Assembly (NCBI GenBank): GCA_900546745.1
Contig: URDT01000004.1
Span: forward strand, 1-59,560
Length of the DNA stretch: 59,560 bases
Origin: an uncultured Mycoplasmatota bacterium
GTDB taxonomy: Bacteria; Bacillota_I; Bacilli_A; RF39; UBA660
Reading direction: 5' to 3'
Shown: in pieces, positions 59,478 to 59,560 of the stretch
Layout of the letters: each line of letters begins with the position of its first letter
Numbering within the stretch: position 1 is the first letter of the stretch
Notes under the pieces: model-generated
The model's database searches: none
Seen by the model: only the letters and a program-made list of their open reading frames with translations
What the model was told of the DNA's origin: nothing
Translations under genes and position numbers: made by a program

Positions 59478-59493
59478 TGTTTCACGTGAAACA
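59478..59493. promoter_or_regulatory. parS centromere-like site TGTTTCACGTGAAACA
   Basis: Perfect 16-bp match to the Firmicute parS consensus TGTTNCACGTGAAACA. The palindrome extends to 18 bp (59477..59494). Confidence 0.85.
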
Positions 59494-59545
59494 TTGTTTT
59501 CCACAATCTAAAAAAATATACATCATTAAAATAGTTTTACCTGTA

Positions 59546-59560
59546 TGTTTCACGTGAAAC
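59546..59560. promoter_or_regulatory. second parS site (last base cut by the window end)
   Basis: TGTTTCACGTGAAAC at 59546..59560, identical to the first copy 68 bp upstream, including the flanking A at 59545. Confidence 0.8.

Overview
This window is the replication-origin region of a very AT-rich, endospore-forming Firmicute chromosome using the standard bacterial genetic code. All calls come from by-eye reading and manual translation; no searches were run.

Gene orientation flips at about 50.1-50.5 kb. To the left, almost everything is on the minus strand: rpmH-rnpA-yidC-jag-HD-mnmE-mnmG-rsmG-noc, a 4.3 kb accessory patch, uvrB, lgt, trxB, whiA, rplI, dnaB, rlmH, spoIIR, murA, rpmE, two FemAB genes plus a flippase, rpiB, spoIID/spoIIQ-like/spoIIID/mreB, typA, a cotJ operon, tRNA-His, a UvrD-like helicase, clpB, a small alarmone synthetase, cotF-like genes and an ABC1 kinase. 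To the right, everything is on the plus strand: dnaA-dnaN-comK-like-recF-gyrB-gyrA. DnaA-box clusters flank dnaA.

The main findings:
1. The patch between uvrB and noc (36988..41346) holds two progressively decayed copies of the uvrB 5' end. Each is displaced outward by one orphan gene, which looks like a serial-insertion hotspot. No recombinase is visible there.
2. The same patch carries a collagen-like gene interrupted at an A7 tract.
3. The single ParB-family gene is a Noc orthologue by its HTH residues and C-terminal domain. It carries an insertion of about 300 aa of low-complexity sequence and is not followed by soj-spo0J.
4. The 265 bp after gyrA contains a perfect Noc-binding palindrome, two perfect parS palindromes and DnaA-box-like 9-mers.
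5. An 8-1-8 palindrome with core GACTATTAGTC sits between two divergent XRE regulator genes. It recurs abutting the -35 of the phasin-like/ABC1-kinase operon 7 kb away.
6. A ComK-family gene occupies the dnaN-recF gap.
7. A CIRCE operator overlaps the promoter of a clpB that lacks the N-domain.
8. There is a CotJA-CotJB fusion gene.

No CRISPR array, IS element, integrase or rRNA gene was seen.
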